DNA of 64,000 bases from an uncultured Bacilli bacterium (GTDB taxonomy: Bacteria; Bacillota_I; Bacilli_A; RF39; UBA660), in contig CAKOTA010000001.1 of assembly GCA_934119965.1 (NCBI GenBank), positions 64,129 through 128,128 of the forward strand, read 5' to 3'. The notes beneath the pieces are model-generated. The model was not told where the DNA came from and ran no database searches. It saw nothing but the letters and a program-made list of their open reading frames with translations. Positions 10,564-20,099 of the stretch are shown piece by piece. Made by a program: the position numbers and the translations under genes. Each line of letters begins with the position of its first letter. The stretch's first letter is position 1.

Positions 10564-11556
10564 ATGGTAGATTACATTAATAATCTAATTAAAAAATTTA
10601 ATTATGATGTAAATTATTATGAAAAAAATATACCAGACAAGAGTATGTTTCTGATTAATCTTAAAAATCTAATTAAAGATACGACTAAAACAATTTATGA
10701 AACAAATGATATTATATTAAAAAATGAAAATACTAAAAAGTTAAGTCGATACTATGATTTATTATATTATATAAATGGAAAAGAAGACAAAGGGACAATG
10801 TATGTTCTTGATAATGAGATATCTTCTTTACCACCTGTATATATTGTTGACCAAAAACCAGAATTATTCGAAATAGATTATAATTTATTGAGTGATATCG
10901 ATATTAGTCAAGGATTGACAGAAGAACAAGCAAATGAATTATTAAAATGGACAGTAAACAATACTAGAGAAAACTTAAATATATCAAATAGTGACAATAA
11001 AGAAGATGTTTATGAAAATTGTTTTTTAGGTGGAACATGCGGATTTTCTCAATTTTCCTCTTTGTATCCACTTCAAAAGTTAGGATTAACTATAACTATA
11101 AATAATATGAGTTCTTTGAATAATTATGGGCACGCGTTCGGAACATTAATTATTCCTATAAATAGAAATGGAAATATTATTAATAAACGTTATTTAATAG
11201 ATTGCACATATAATCAGTTTTTTGGTATTCAAAATAATGTCGTTAGCAGGTATATAAATGATAAACTTGATGCTGGTTTCTTTGTGGCCCAAGATGAAGA
11301 AAAGATAGAGTTTGCTAAAGAACTATTAAAAAATGGATTTGTTGAAGCAAGTTTGAGTAATTTAGAAAAATATTTGAAACCTTTTTATGCTATGTCACTT
11401 TCAAAAGAAGAAATTGGCCAAATTGATACGAAATTTTCTAAAATAGATATTATAGATTTATTAGAAAATCATCAAAGAGAGTTTGATTATACTGAAGAAG
11501 AATTTGTTGATTGGGGAATGAATTTAGATACGAAGTTTAATTCAAAGAAACTTTAA
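10564..11556 (+). CDS. Hypothetical cytoplasmic protein with transglutaminase/papain-like Cys-His-Asp pattern
   Basis: RBS AGAGTGA. The segment GGTC(159)GFSQF ... YGH(190)AFG ... YLID(213)CTY has the spacing seen in transglutaminase-like cysteine-protease cores. No signal peptide. Confidence 0.45.
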   Translation: MVDYINNLIKKFNYDVNYYEKNIPDKSMFLINLKNLIKDTTKTIYETNDIILKNENTKKLSRYYDLLYYINGKEDKGTMYVLDNEISSLPPVYIVDQKPELFEIDYNLLSDIDISQGLTEEQANELLKWTVNNTRENLNISNSDNKEDVYENCFLGGTCGFSQFSSLYPLQKLGLTITINNMSSLNNYGHAFGTLIIPINRNGNIINKRYLIDCTYNQFFGIQNNVVSRYINDKLDAGFFVAQDEEKIEFAKELLKNGFVEASLSNLEKYLKPFYAMSLSKEEIGQIDTKFSKIDIIDLLENHQREFDYTEEEFVDWGMNLDTKFNSKKL

Positions 11557-11610
11557 TAAAAGTATTGTTTTTTCCAACAAAATATTGTAGCATAGAATAT
11601 AAATAAAAGA

Positions 11611-12330
11611 TTGGATGATATTATGGAAATTATTAAACGAAATAATGAATTAGGTATAAAAGATATTTTTTTGAAAGAAAATAATAAAAAACTATCATTT
11701 TTCTTTGGTGGAAATGGTGATTTATATTGGAAAATTGATAATATGTTTGATATAGAAAAAACTTATGAAAGATTTGTTCCAAAGTTTAATTCTTTTATAA
11801 TAACAAAGGAAAATTTTATGTTATATTTTATATTTGAACAATTGTATTTAGACATAAAGAATATTAATATTTTTGATAAAAAAGAATATGACTTTCCTCC
11901 ATATGTAGAAACAGATGAAGAAAAAATTGAATATATAAAACATAAAAAAGAAATAAAAAAAAATTATCGTAGATTAAATATTTCAAACTATAATGAACTA
12001 TTTGATGAAGAAAATAAAATAATTACTTGGTATTCTGATGAAGTAGCTCATGAAGTATCTAATATTTTAAAAATCAAAAAAATGAAAGATATATTTAAAG
12101 TATCATTTTATACTCAACCGGATATAGAAGGTTATGACAAAGAAGTTAATTGGTTATTAGGCGGAATAACAGTCAGAATTAGAAATTCTGGAAGTAGATA
12201 TAGTCCATTTAATATTACATTTATGAGGATGTATAATAGACTTCAAGAATTAGAAAATATATATGATATTGGACATCAATACCATATAGAAGAATATTTG
12301 TATTCTAAACAAAAAGTATTAAAAAAATAA
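11611..12330 (+). CDS. Hypothetical protein
   Basis: 239-aa ORF with no recognisable motif. TTG start is uncertain; an ATG lies at 11623. Confidence 0.45.
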   Translation: MDDIMEIIKRNNELGIKDIFLKENNKKLSFFFGGNGDLYWKIDNMFDIEKTYERFVPKFNSFIITKENFMLYFIFEQLYLDIKNINIFDKKEYDFPPYVETDEEKIEYIKHKKEIKKNYRRLNISNYNELFDEENKIITWYSDEVAHEVSNILKIKKMKDIFKVSFYTQPDIEGYDKEVNWLLGGITVRIRNSGSRYSPFNITFMRMYNRLQELENIYDIGHQYHIEEYLYSKQKVLKK

Positions 12331-12342
12331 AGGAATGATAAT

Positions 12343-13101
12343 GTGTACGATATATGTGTAGAAGATAATAGAAAAACAATTGTTAATCAATTAAAAAAAT
12401 ATGATATTTTGAATTTATTTAAAAACAAAGATGAAATGATTATTTGGATAACGGAACTAAATGAATTACAAATTAATAACTTTTTAAATTTAAACATTAA
12501 TCCAGAAAAAATAAAGTTTGATTCAAAATTATTGATTGATAAAAATCTATTAAATCAATTAGATTACATAAAAAAAGTAAATGCAATTGCCAGTATTGAT
12601 AATGCAGAAGGTTGCTACCACCTATTTGAATATTTAATAAGAGAAGAATTTTTAGAAAGTGAAAAATTCTATCAAGACATAGAAACTTTAAAAAAGATGG
12701 AATCTGCTAGAACAGGATTATGGATTATTGGAGATCCAGTATTTATTAATAGCCCTTACCATGATGAAGACTTTGAACTATTAGCCACAGTAAAAGATAC
12801 AAGTGATAAAAAATTTGATTATGTAGTTTGTGATGCTATTGCAACAGTGGCTGGTAATATAGATTCAATAAGAAGTGAATACCATAGACAAGATTTACAA
12901 ACAATTGTTAAATATGGATCTAGTGCATTACAATTATCTCATTCTTATCCTGAAAGATGTATTAATTATCTAGCTACTAATCCCGTATCATTAAATGATA
13001 ATTATCATTTAGAAAATATGGAAATATTAGCCCAAAATGTTGATATTGGTAATTTCTTATATGCTGTTATGACTGATAAAAAAAACAATAAAAAAAGATA
13101 A
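12343..13101 (+). CDS. Hypothetical helical-repeat protein, probably the 5-prime part of a frameshifted gene
   Basis: RBS AAGGA then GTG. A motif recurs about every 35 aa (SPYHDEDFELL, SEYHRQDLQTI, DNYHLENMEIL). The ORF ends inside a poly-A region. Confidence 0.5.
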   Translation: MYDICVEDNRKTIVNQLKKYDILNLFKNKDEMIIWITELNELQINNFLNLNINPEKIKFDSKLLIDKNLLNQLDYIKKVNAIASIDNAEGCYHLFEYLIREEFLESEKFYQDIETLKKMESARTGLWIIGDPVFINSPYHDEDFELLATVKDTSDKKFDYVVCDAIATVAGNIDSIRSEYHRQDLQTIVKYGSSALQLSHSYPERCINYLATNPVSLNDNYHLENMEILAQNVDIGNFLYAVMTDKKNNKKR

Positions 13102-13123
13102 TTATAGAAGAATAATTAGAGAA

Positions 13124-13414
13124 ATGATTGATAATAAAAATAATAAAGCATATGTGTTTCTAGTTTGTTATTATGCTATTGGTGCGGATAAAGCAAAAAT
13201 GGCTCAAAATATTTTAGAACATAATTATTTCTATGAAATAAATGAATCTTATGATATTAAAAAATTAATAGAAAAAGTTGATGAAAGAATAAATATAGTA
13301 AATGGTGATTTTAAAGAAACAGATAACTATGGAATTGAATGTAATGATTCAGTCAATCCAATGAGTAAAACAAAAAAATTAATCAAAAAAATATTTAAGA
13401 AACAATGTAAATAA
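13124..13414 (+). CDS. Hypothetical 96-aa ORF, probably the 3-prime continuation of 12343..13101 in the +1 frame
   Basis: No RBS of its own. The same frame is open from 13073 and encodes DNYRRIIREMI, another copy of the upstream repeat motif. Confidence 0.4.
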   Translation: MIDNKNNKAYVFLVCYYAIGADKAKMAQNILEHNYFYEINESYDIKKLIEKVDERINIVNGDFKETDNYGIECNDSVNPMSKTKKLIKKIFKKQCK

Positions 13415-13420
13415 TTGTAA

Positions 13421-13448
13421 AAAGAATTGAATAACAATTCTTTTTTTT
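13421..13448 (+). terminator. Rho-independent terminator
   Basis: AAAGAATTG aataa CAATTCTTT followed by a T-run. Confidence 0.8.
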
Positions 13449-13470
13449 ATATAATAAATATGGTGATAGT

Positions 13471-14370
13471 ATGAAAGTAATTTGTATAGGACATGCGGCC
13501 TATGATATAACAATTCCTGTTGAAAAATTTATAACAGAAAATACAAAAAATAGATTAGAAGGAATATTGGAATGTGGTGGAGGACCCGCTAATAATGCTG
13601 CATATCTGTTAGGTAAATGGGGTATGGATGTAACATTTATGGGTGTTATTGGTAATGATGAATATGGCAAATATATAAAAAAAGAACTAGAAAGTGTTAA
13701 TGTTGACACTAGATATATTCAAGTAAATGATCGATATAAAACTACATCTAGTTTTATAATTGCTAATATGTCTACAGGTAGTAGAACAATATTAACATAT
13801 AGATCAAACAAATTAAAATTAACTGATGTGAATATTGATTTTAGACCAGACATAATATTAGTTGATGGTCAAGAACCAGAAATGTCAAAAAAAATAATAA
13901 AAGAAAATCCAAATGCAATAAGTATAATAGATGCTGGAAGACCAACAGATGAAATAATAGAACTTGCTAAAATGGTAGACTATGTCGTTTGTTCAAAAGA
14001 ATTTGCTGAAACAGTAGCTGATTTTAAATTCGATGATAGAGATGATTATTCATATGATTTAATATGCCAAGCTTTAAAACAAGAATTTAATGGAAAAATT
14101 GTTGTAACATTAGAAGATAAAGGCTGTGTTTATGAAATAAATGATCACTTTAAAAAAGTACCAGGAATTAAAATGGATGCAATCGATACAACTGGAGCAG
14201 GTGATATTTTCCATGGGGCATTTACTTATGGAATCGCAAAAAAATTACCATTAGAAGAAACATTAAAGTTTGCTAATATAGTTGCAGGATTATCTGTTAC
14301 TAGATTAGGAAGTAAAAATTCAATGTTTACTTTAGAAGAAATAAAGGAAAAAATGAATGAGTGTAAATAA
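13471..14370 (+). CDS. PfkB-family carbohydrate kinase (ribokinase-like)
   Basis: RBS GGTGA. N-terminal GGGPANNA and C-terminal DTTGAGDIFHGAF signatures. Confidence 0.85.
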   Translation: MKVICIGHAAYDITIPVEKFITENTKNRLEGILECGGGPANNAAYLLGKWGMDVTFMGVIGNDEYGKYIKKELESVNVDTRYIQVNDRYKTTSSFIIANMSTGSRTILTYRSNKLKLTDVNIDFRPDIILVDGQEPEMSKKIIKENPNAISIIDAGRPTDEIIELAKMVDYVVCSKEFAETVADFKFDDRDDYSYDLICQALKQEFNGKIVVTLEDKGCVYEINDHFKKVPGIKMDAIDTTGAGDIFHGAFTYGIAKKLPLEETLKFANIVAGLSVTRLGSKNSMFTLEEIKEKMNECK

Positions 14371-14620
14371 CATATTTACCAAGAATTTACCTAGTTTGGA
14401 TTTGCATGGAGAAACAAGAGATACTGCTAGAGTATTAATCAATGATTTTATAAGAGATAACATTAAAATGAAAAATGATAAAATTTTAATTATTCACGGT
14501 ATAGGAACTGGAATATTAAAAAAAGAAACACAAGTTGTTTTATCTAATAATAAAAATGTCATAGAATATGGTTTAGATTATATGAATGAGGGGAGTACGA
14601 TTGTTCGTCTCAAAATTTGA
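14357..14620 (+). CDS. Smr-domain protein (MutS2 C-terminal-like nuclease domain)
   Basis: LDLHGETRDTA ... IIHGIGTGILK motifs. Overlaps the end of the PfkB gene. Confidence 0.75.
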   Translation: MSVNNIFTKNLPSLDLHGETRDTARVLINDFIRDNIKMKNDKILIIHGIGTGILKKETQVVLSNNKNVIEYGLDYMNEGSTIVRLKI

Positions 14621-14723
14621 CTTTTTCCTTAAAAAGTGGTATATTTTATATATCAACAAAGAAGTACATTTTATTAAAAAATAAGTGATTTATTGACTTT
14701 TTCAAAAAAATGTTCGTTGAAAG

Positions 14724-14752
14724 TTGACAAATTAATTATTGTGTGATAGTAT
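14724..14752 (+). promoter_or_regulatory. Sigma-A type promoter for the 14785-18267 operon
   Basis: TTGACA, 17-nt spacer, TGaTAGTAT extended -10. A second candidate (TTGACT-17-TATATT) lies at 14617-14645. Confidence 0.65.
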
Positions 14753-14784
14753 AGTCGACATAAATTCGAAAAGGGGGAGTATTT

Positions 14785-16146
14785 ATGTATACTGAACAAA
14801 CAAATTTTTCTATTAAGAATGTAATTTTACAATTCTTATTTGTAGCCTTATTTATATTTATATTAATTTGGCTATTTCCATTAAAAAGTGATTTAAAGAA
14901 AGCAGTTGATGGTGTAAAAACTACTGATTTAACTGTCCTTACAGATCGTATTTTTAATGAAAACATCATCTCAATGAAAGATGCAGCTAAGAGTTATTAT
15001 ACAACTTCAAGATTACCAAAAAATGTTGGTGATAAAGTTAAGATGACTTTAGGTGAAATGTTAGAAAAGAAAATAATTTTACCTTTCACTGACAAAGATG
15101 GTAAAACTTGTAGTTTAACTGATTCATATGTTGAAATAACAAAATATGATGAAGAATTTATCATGAAAGTTAATTTAAAATGTGGTGAGGAAGAAAACTA
15201 TTTATTAGTTTATATGGGATGCTATGATTATTGTTCTACAACATTATGTGAAAAAAACACAGCAGATGTTAAAAGTCCAACAATCTACTCAGTAAAAAAA
15301 GCTTCAGATGAAAAGATTATAATTAATAACAATAACAATAATACTAATACTAATACTGTTACAATTATTAATCCAACACCAACACCTGATCCTACACCTG
15401 ATCCAACACCAACACCAACTCCAGATCCTACACCTGATCCAGTACCAACTGTAGAATATTTATATGAATATAAGAAAACTACAAATGGTTATTATAAAGA
15501 ATCAGATTGGTCTGAATGGTCAAAAACTGAGGTTAAAGCTTCAAGTACAGTTTCAGTAAGAACAAAAACAGTAACTGAAAAGAAATTAAAAGGTTATAAT
15601 GTTAAAAAAGCTTATGACTATAGTAAACCAATTTATACAACTAAAGTTGTTAAGACAGGAACTGAAACTATATTAACTTGTGACAAATGGGAATATGTTT
15701 CAGCAGGTACTTCAAAACAATATAATGGTGAATGGGAATATGCTGGATTAGTAACTTTATATTCCGTACCAACAAACACTGATACTGTTAGATATGAATT
15801 TGTTAGATTTACTGATGAAACTTGTTCAGAATCTTGTAGTTCTACAACAGGTATGATTTATAAAAAATATGTAGCTGGAAGTTCAAGCGTAGATTTATCT
15901 ACATATGAATGTACTAGTTCATCATATAAAACTATAGTATTATCAACAATGGTTAAAACTATTACTGGTTATGAAACTTATATTGTAAGTAAAACTCCAG
16001 TTTATGAAGATGTAACAACAAAATATTATAGTTATAAAACTAGAGAATATATCCAAGGTACAACTGATATCAAATGGAGTGTATATAATGATACTGCTTT
16101 ATTAACTGCAGGTTATAAATACACAGGTAATAAAAAAGTAAAATAA
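14785..16146 (+). CDS. N-terminally membrane-anchored extracellular protein with poly-Asn and Pro/Thr linker
   Basis: RBS AAGGGGGAG. One TM span (VILQFLFVALFIFILIWLF). A Cys-containing globular domain is followed by NNNNNNTNTNT and then TPTPDPTPDPTPTPTPDPTPDP. The C-terminal region is rich in Thr/Tyr/Lys. Confidence 0.6.
   Translation: MYTEQTNFSIKNVILQFLFVALFIFILIWLFPLKSDLKKAVDGVKTTDLTVLTDRIFNENIISMKDAAKSYYTTSRLPKNVGDKVKMTLGEMLEKKIILPFTDKDGKTCSLTDSYVEITKYDEEFIMKVNLKCGEEENYLLVYMGCYDYCSTTLCEKNTADVKSPTIYSVKKASDEKIIINNNNNNTNTNTVTIINPTPTPDPTPDPTPTPTPDPTPDPVPTVEYLYEYKKTTNGYYKESDWSEWSKTEVKASSTVSVRTKTVTEKKLKGYNVKKAYDYSKPIYTTKVVKTGTETILTCDKWEYVSAGTSKQYNGEWEYAGLVTLYSVPTNTDTVRYEFVRFTDETCSESCSSTTGMIYKKYVAGSSSVDLSTYECTSSSYKTIVLSTMVKTITGYETYIVSKTPVYEDVTTKYYSYKTREYIQGTTDIKWSVYNDTALLTAGYKYTGNKKVK
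15373..15449 (+). repeat. In-frame Pro/Thr-linker coding repeat
   Basis: cctacacctgatcca occurs twice, 36 nt apart (15391 and 15427), within a CCA/ACA/CCT/GAT-rich tract. Confidence 0.8.
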
Positions 16147-16173
16147 TTTGTTTAAGATGAAAGGGGTAATATT

Positions 16174-18267
16174 ATGACTCAAAAATATGAAAAAGATATA
16201 ATGCTTCGTAAACTAGATACTAAAATTAAAACTTTAGAATCAAATCCTAATTTAACTCAAGAAGAAGTTGATTCTGCAGTTAGATTATATAAAAATATAA
16301 TTAATTTAGGTAGATATTCATCTGAAGATGTTCAAGAATTAGAGGATAGATTAAGAGCTTTTGCCCCTGATCTATCTTCTTCACTTGATGAAGTTGTAAA
16401 TGATAATGAACTTCAAAAATTAAATGAAATTTCACCTAAAAGTTATAAAATGAAAAAAGTAAAAATTAAATCTGCAATAGCAGGAGGTGCAATTGCAATT
16501 ATACTTGCTTCAGTTGGTGGTTGCTCACTTAGAAACAATAAACAAGAAGAACAACCAGTAGTTGTTGAAAAACAAGTTGAAGAAGTTAAACCTCAAGTTA
16601 TTGAACCAAAAGAATTAGATGAAACAAAAGAAGTAGAAAAGGTTCTTGCTGAAAATTTATCATTTGATCCAAATGATAATACAGAAATAGTTAATAGAAT
16701 GGCAGATTTTATTGCTGATGCTTTAACAAAGGGAATTCCTGTTAAAGATGTAATGACAGAAGAAGAACTAAAAACTGCTGAAGAAAATGAAGAGTCATTA
16801 GTTACAATCAAGCAATTAATGGATTTCTATATAGTGATGAATATTGAAGATATAGATCCTGAAGATTATGCTAGATTAAAATATAATACCAAAACTGCTG
16901 AAACAATAACTGATAATTATATGTATTGTGCTAGATTATTTATGACAGATGCATTGACTGCAAATGAAGAAACAAAAATTGATTATTCTGAAATAATTGC
17001 TGATAAAGATTCTTCAGAGATTGTTCAAAAATTTGTTGATTATTTAGCAAAATACAATAGTGCTACTGATAAAAAAACAGTTGCTTCATCAATAAGTGAA
17101 TATATTGTTTCAAATTATATTAATAGAGATGCTAATCTTTATTCTATGTCTGCAAATGAACTTACTTATAGAATGATGTTTGTTGCAGATATGATTTCTA
17201 ATAATTCTATCATTCCAAAAGATGTTAATATTATATTAAATGAAGACGGAAAAATAAGCTGTGATATTCAAAAAGAAGATGGCGTAAAAAATAAGACTGA
17301 AAAAGCTGAAGAATTTACATCTATTTATAACACAGTTGATGAAAAATTAGAAATTTCTAGAGAATTTGCTAGTCAAGAATTATCATCAATTTCTGATGAA
17401 GAAAAGAAAACAGGTAGTGAATTAGAAAAAGAAATTAAAGAACAAGTTTTAATTAAAAATGTTAGTTATAAATTAAATCCAAAATTTACTATGGCAGAAG
17501 GTTCAAAAAACATTTCTGCAAAGAAAACAACAAATAATAATAATAATAATGCTAACAATTCTTATAAAACATTTACAGATAAAAGCACTGGAAAACAAGT
17601 TAATGTTTCTAATGAAGAATTAGCTAAATATGGTGCGAAAAATCAAGCTGAGTATGAAGCAGCTAAGAAAAAAGAATTTGAAGATAAAGCAAAAAAAGAC
17701 CCTGGTCACAATAATCAAGATAACGATGGTAATGTTGTTACAACTGGTGATGAAGTTGATACAGAACAATACAATGCGGGGTATGCTGCTGGATATGCAG
17801 ATGGTAATTATTATGATGGTTCTTATAGACAAAGTAATCCAAATTCTACAAATAAATCATATGTAGCTGGGTATAATGCAGGTTTTAGAGAAGGTCGTGC
17901 TGTTATTGAAGAATTTTTAAAATCTTTACAACCACCAGAATCATCATTTGAACCTGTTGATGGTACTACACCAACACCACAACCAACACCACCGGTTGAA
18001 AGCCCTATTACAGAAGAGCCTTATTTACCAGACCCATCTGTTCCTGAAAATCCAGAACCAGACCCAACACCTGATCCATCTATTCCAGAAGATCCAGGTA
18101 CTTGGGAAGAATTTGAACCAGTTGAAGAAAATGTTACTGTTGAAACTCCAACTGAAACAATTGAGGAAACATCATATACTTCAAGTATAAATAGTTTGAA
18201 ATCATTAAGAGAAGAATTACTAAATATGTCAAATGTTTATACAGAAGAAGTGTCAAAAATGAAATAA
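16174..18267 (+). CDS. Bitopic membrane protein with large acidic extracellular region, poly-Asn tract, GY-rich segment and Pro/Thr/Glu linker
   Basis: RBS AAAGGGG. About 95 aa of cytoplasmic N-terminus, then TM AIAGGAIAIILASVGG. Also has AGYAAGYADGNYYDG...AGYNAGF and PTPQPTPP...PEPDPTPDPS segments. Confidence 0.6.
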   Translation: MTQKYEKDIMLRKLDTKIKTLESNPNLTQEEVDSAVRLYKNIINLGRYSSEDVQELEDRLRAFAPDLSSSLDEVVNDNELQKLNEISPKSYKMKKVKIKSAIAGGAIAIILASVGGCSLRNNKQEEQPVVVEKQVEEVKPQVIEPKELDETKEVEKVLAENLSFDPNDNTEIVNRMADFIADALTKGIPVKDVMTEEELKTAEENEESLVTIKQLMDFYIVMNIEDIDPEDYARLKYNTKTAETITDNYMYCARLFMTDALTANEETKIDYSEIIADKDSSEIVQKFVDYLAKYNSATDKKTVASSISEYIVSNYINRDANLYSMSANELTYRMMFVADMISNNSIIPKDVNIILNEDGKISCDIQKEDGVKNKTEKAEEFTSIYNTVDEKLEISREFASQELSSISDEEKKTGSELEKEIKEQVLIKNVSYKLNPKFTMAEGSKNISAKKTTNNNNNNANNSYKTFTDKSTGKQVNVSNEELAKYGAKNQAEYEAAKKKEFEDKAKKDPGHNNQDNDGNVVTTGDEVDTEQYNAGYAAGYADGNYYDGSYRQSNPNSTNKSYVAGYNAGFREGRAVIEEFLKSLQPPESSFEPVDGTTPTPQPTPPVESPITEEPYLPDPSVPENPEPDPTPDPSIPEDPGTWEEFEPVEENVTVETPTETIEETSYTSSINSLKSLREELLNMSNVYTEEVSKMK
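17533..17550 (+). repeat. (AAT)6 in-frame microsatellite encoding poly-Asn
   Basis: Six consecutive AAT units read directly from the sequence. Confidence 0.9.
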
Positions 18268-18271
18268 TTTT

Positions 18272-18301
18272 AATGTAGTTTTATAACTACATTTTTCTTT
18301 T
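18272..18301 (+). terminator. Rho-independent terminator
   Basis: AATGTAGTT ttat AACTACATT followed by TTTTCTTTT. Confidence 0.8.
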
Positions 18302-18388
18302 ATATAGCGTCAACTTTACATATGATAATTGACTTATTCTAGTATTTTATGATAATATTTATATATAATAATAGGAGGAGAGTCAGAT

Positions 18389-18808
18389 ATGAAAGAAAAC
18401 TATGTGTTTGAGTATATAAATGAAAATGAATTTCATAAGCTAGAGAGATCTTTAAAAAAGTATAATATGTTGGCATATAAAAAATTGTATTTTGACTTTT
18501 ATCCAAAATTAAAAGAGGGTAATTTTTTAGGAGTACAAGTTTCTGAAGACAAAGAAAAAGCTTCAATATGTTATGAATTAAAATTACCTACTGATGTAAT
18601 GTTTTCTAAGGTTCATGGAGATATTAAATTAATATATCATGTCTATAGTAATGAAAAATTAATATTGATAGATAAATTAGTTCCAGAGGATATATTAACA
18701 GAAGGACATCAATCTGAATTAGTTACTTATAAAGGTGTTATGGTATCTAAAGAACATTCTGATAAAGATATATTTAAAATAAATTTATTAAACATGATAA
18801 ATAAATAA
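18389..18808 (+). CDS. Hypothetical protein (C-terminal half faintly RelE/ParE-like)
   Basis: Strong RBS AGGAGGAG. 139 aa. The GDIKLIYHVYSNEKLILIDKL segment resembles the RelE-family beta-strand pattern. Confidence 0.45.
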   Translation: MKENYVFEYINENEFHKLERSLKKYNMLAYKKLYFDFYPKLKEGNFLGVQVSEDKEKASICYELKLPTDVMFSKVHGDIKLIYHVYSNEKLILIDKLVPEDILTEGHQSELVTYKGVMVSKEHSDKDIFKINLLNMINK

Positions 18809-18809
18809 A

Positions 18810-18828
18810 CAAGTCATTTTATGACTTG
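18810..18828. terminator. Short bidirectional hairpin between convergent genes
   Basis: CAAGTCAT ttt ATGACTTG palindrome. It overlaps the last codons of the minus-strand GT8 gene. Confidence 0.45.
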
Positions 18829-19784
18829 CTTTTATGATATATATTTAAAATTTTTTGATAACATTTATCATCAACTAATGATTTTAAAATTAAATATGTT
18901 ATTTTTTTTATTATTTGTTCATAATTACTAATTTCGATTTTATTCGGAATGTAGTCATTGTCAAATAATTCTCTGTAATGCTTATATATATTATTATATG
19001 GATGAATAATATTATTATCCCAAGGTCGAATGTTTAAAAAATCTAAATTGTGATATATAATAGGATTTAGTATTGCTTTTTTAATTTCATCTTTTGAATA
19101 AAAAGAGTTATTTTTAGCATAAAAATACTTAGATAAAAATTGATGCTTTTCCATCATTTTAACAATAGGGAAGACGTTATAATTTAATGGCAATGTACTA
19201 ATATTTTCAATTGCTAAATTGATTAAATCTTGGTCAGGAAATTGTAAATTAATTGTATTTGTTTTTAGTATATTGTATATTTTTTCTATACAATGGTCAT
19301 TTTCCCATTCAGCAAAATTAAATAACATAACACCACTATTATAATAATAATTTAATTGATTTTCTAGATGCGTTGGTACATCAATTTCTTTGACTGCATA
19401 AAGTGGACTAGTATCCATATCATAGACATTTTTAATAGAATTAACAATTGTTGTGTCACTATCTAAATATAGTAATTTATTACATTTAATAATTTCGTTA
19501 GCAAATAATCTTGCATTTGCTATATCAGTATTTCTCCATTTAGGAATATCAAATTTATTCATACTTTTTTCTATTAATTTGATAGGATAAATATTTATTC
19601 TTATATTTTTGTATATTTCTGTTAGTAAATACAATCTTTTTTTATTCATTTCTTCTAAATTATCTTCAATAATATGTATGTTTAAAAAAATATCCTGATT
19701 ATTTTCAATTAATGAGTATATTGAAGTTAACATATGAATAAAGTAGTTATTATCAGTTGTATATAGTACATTATATTCTTTCAT
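18819..19784 (-). CDS. Family 8 glycosyltransferase
   Basis: RBS AGGTGG. YTTDNNYFIHMLTSIYSL, LYLDSDTTIV (DxD) and YYNSGVMLFN motifs match GT8. Confidence 0.8.
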   Translation of the reverse strand: MKEYNVLYTTDNNYFIHMLTSIYSLIENNQDIFLNIHIIEDNLEEMNKKRLYLLTEIYKNIRINIYPIKLIEKSMNKFDIPKWRNTDIANARLFANEIIKCNKLLYLDSDTTIVNSIKNVYDMDTSPLYAVKEIDVPTHLENQLNYYYNSGVMLFNFAEWENDHCIEKIYNILKTNTINLQFPDQDLINLAIENISTLPLNYNVFPIVKMMEKHQFLSKYFYAKNNSFYSKDEIKKAILNPIIYHNLDFLNIRPWDNNIIHPYNNIYKHYRELFDNDYIPNKIEISNYEQIIKKITYLILKSLVDDKCYQKILNIYHKSKS

Positions 19785-19862
19785 AGGACCACCTAATTTT
19801 TGCTACTTATAATACCATAATATGATTATAAAGTAAATGATATAATAAAAAAATATAATAAA

Positions 19863-20099
19863 TCAATTATTATATTTATATTCTATTTTTTTAATTTTTT
19901 CTATTGTTATTAAATTTTTATCATAAGTAATGTAAATTTCTATGTTTTGTTTATCATTGTAGTCAAAATTGCTTGAAGCACTTACTATATCATCATAATT
20001 TAATAATTCTTCAATCATTCCTTTTAAACAATATTCACAACATAAATTATTAATAATGATTTTATATCTGAAAGTTTCTTTTTTTTCAACATTTATCAA
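19863..20099 (-). CDS. Small HMA-like (ferredoxin-fold, CxxC) protein
   Basis: 78 aa. YKIIINNLCCEYCLKGMIEELL fits the heavy-metal-associated pattern (strand, CxxC, helix). Confidence 0.4.
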   Translation of the reverse strand: MINVEKKETFRYKIIINNLCCEYCLKGMIEELLNYDDIVSASSNFDYNDKQNIEIYITYDKNLITIEKIKKIEYKYNN

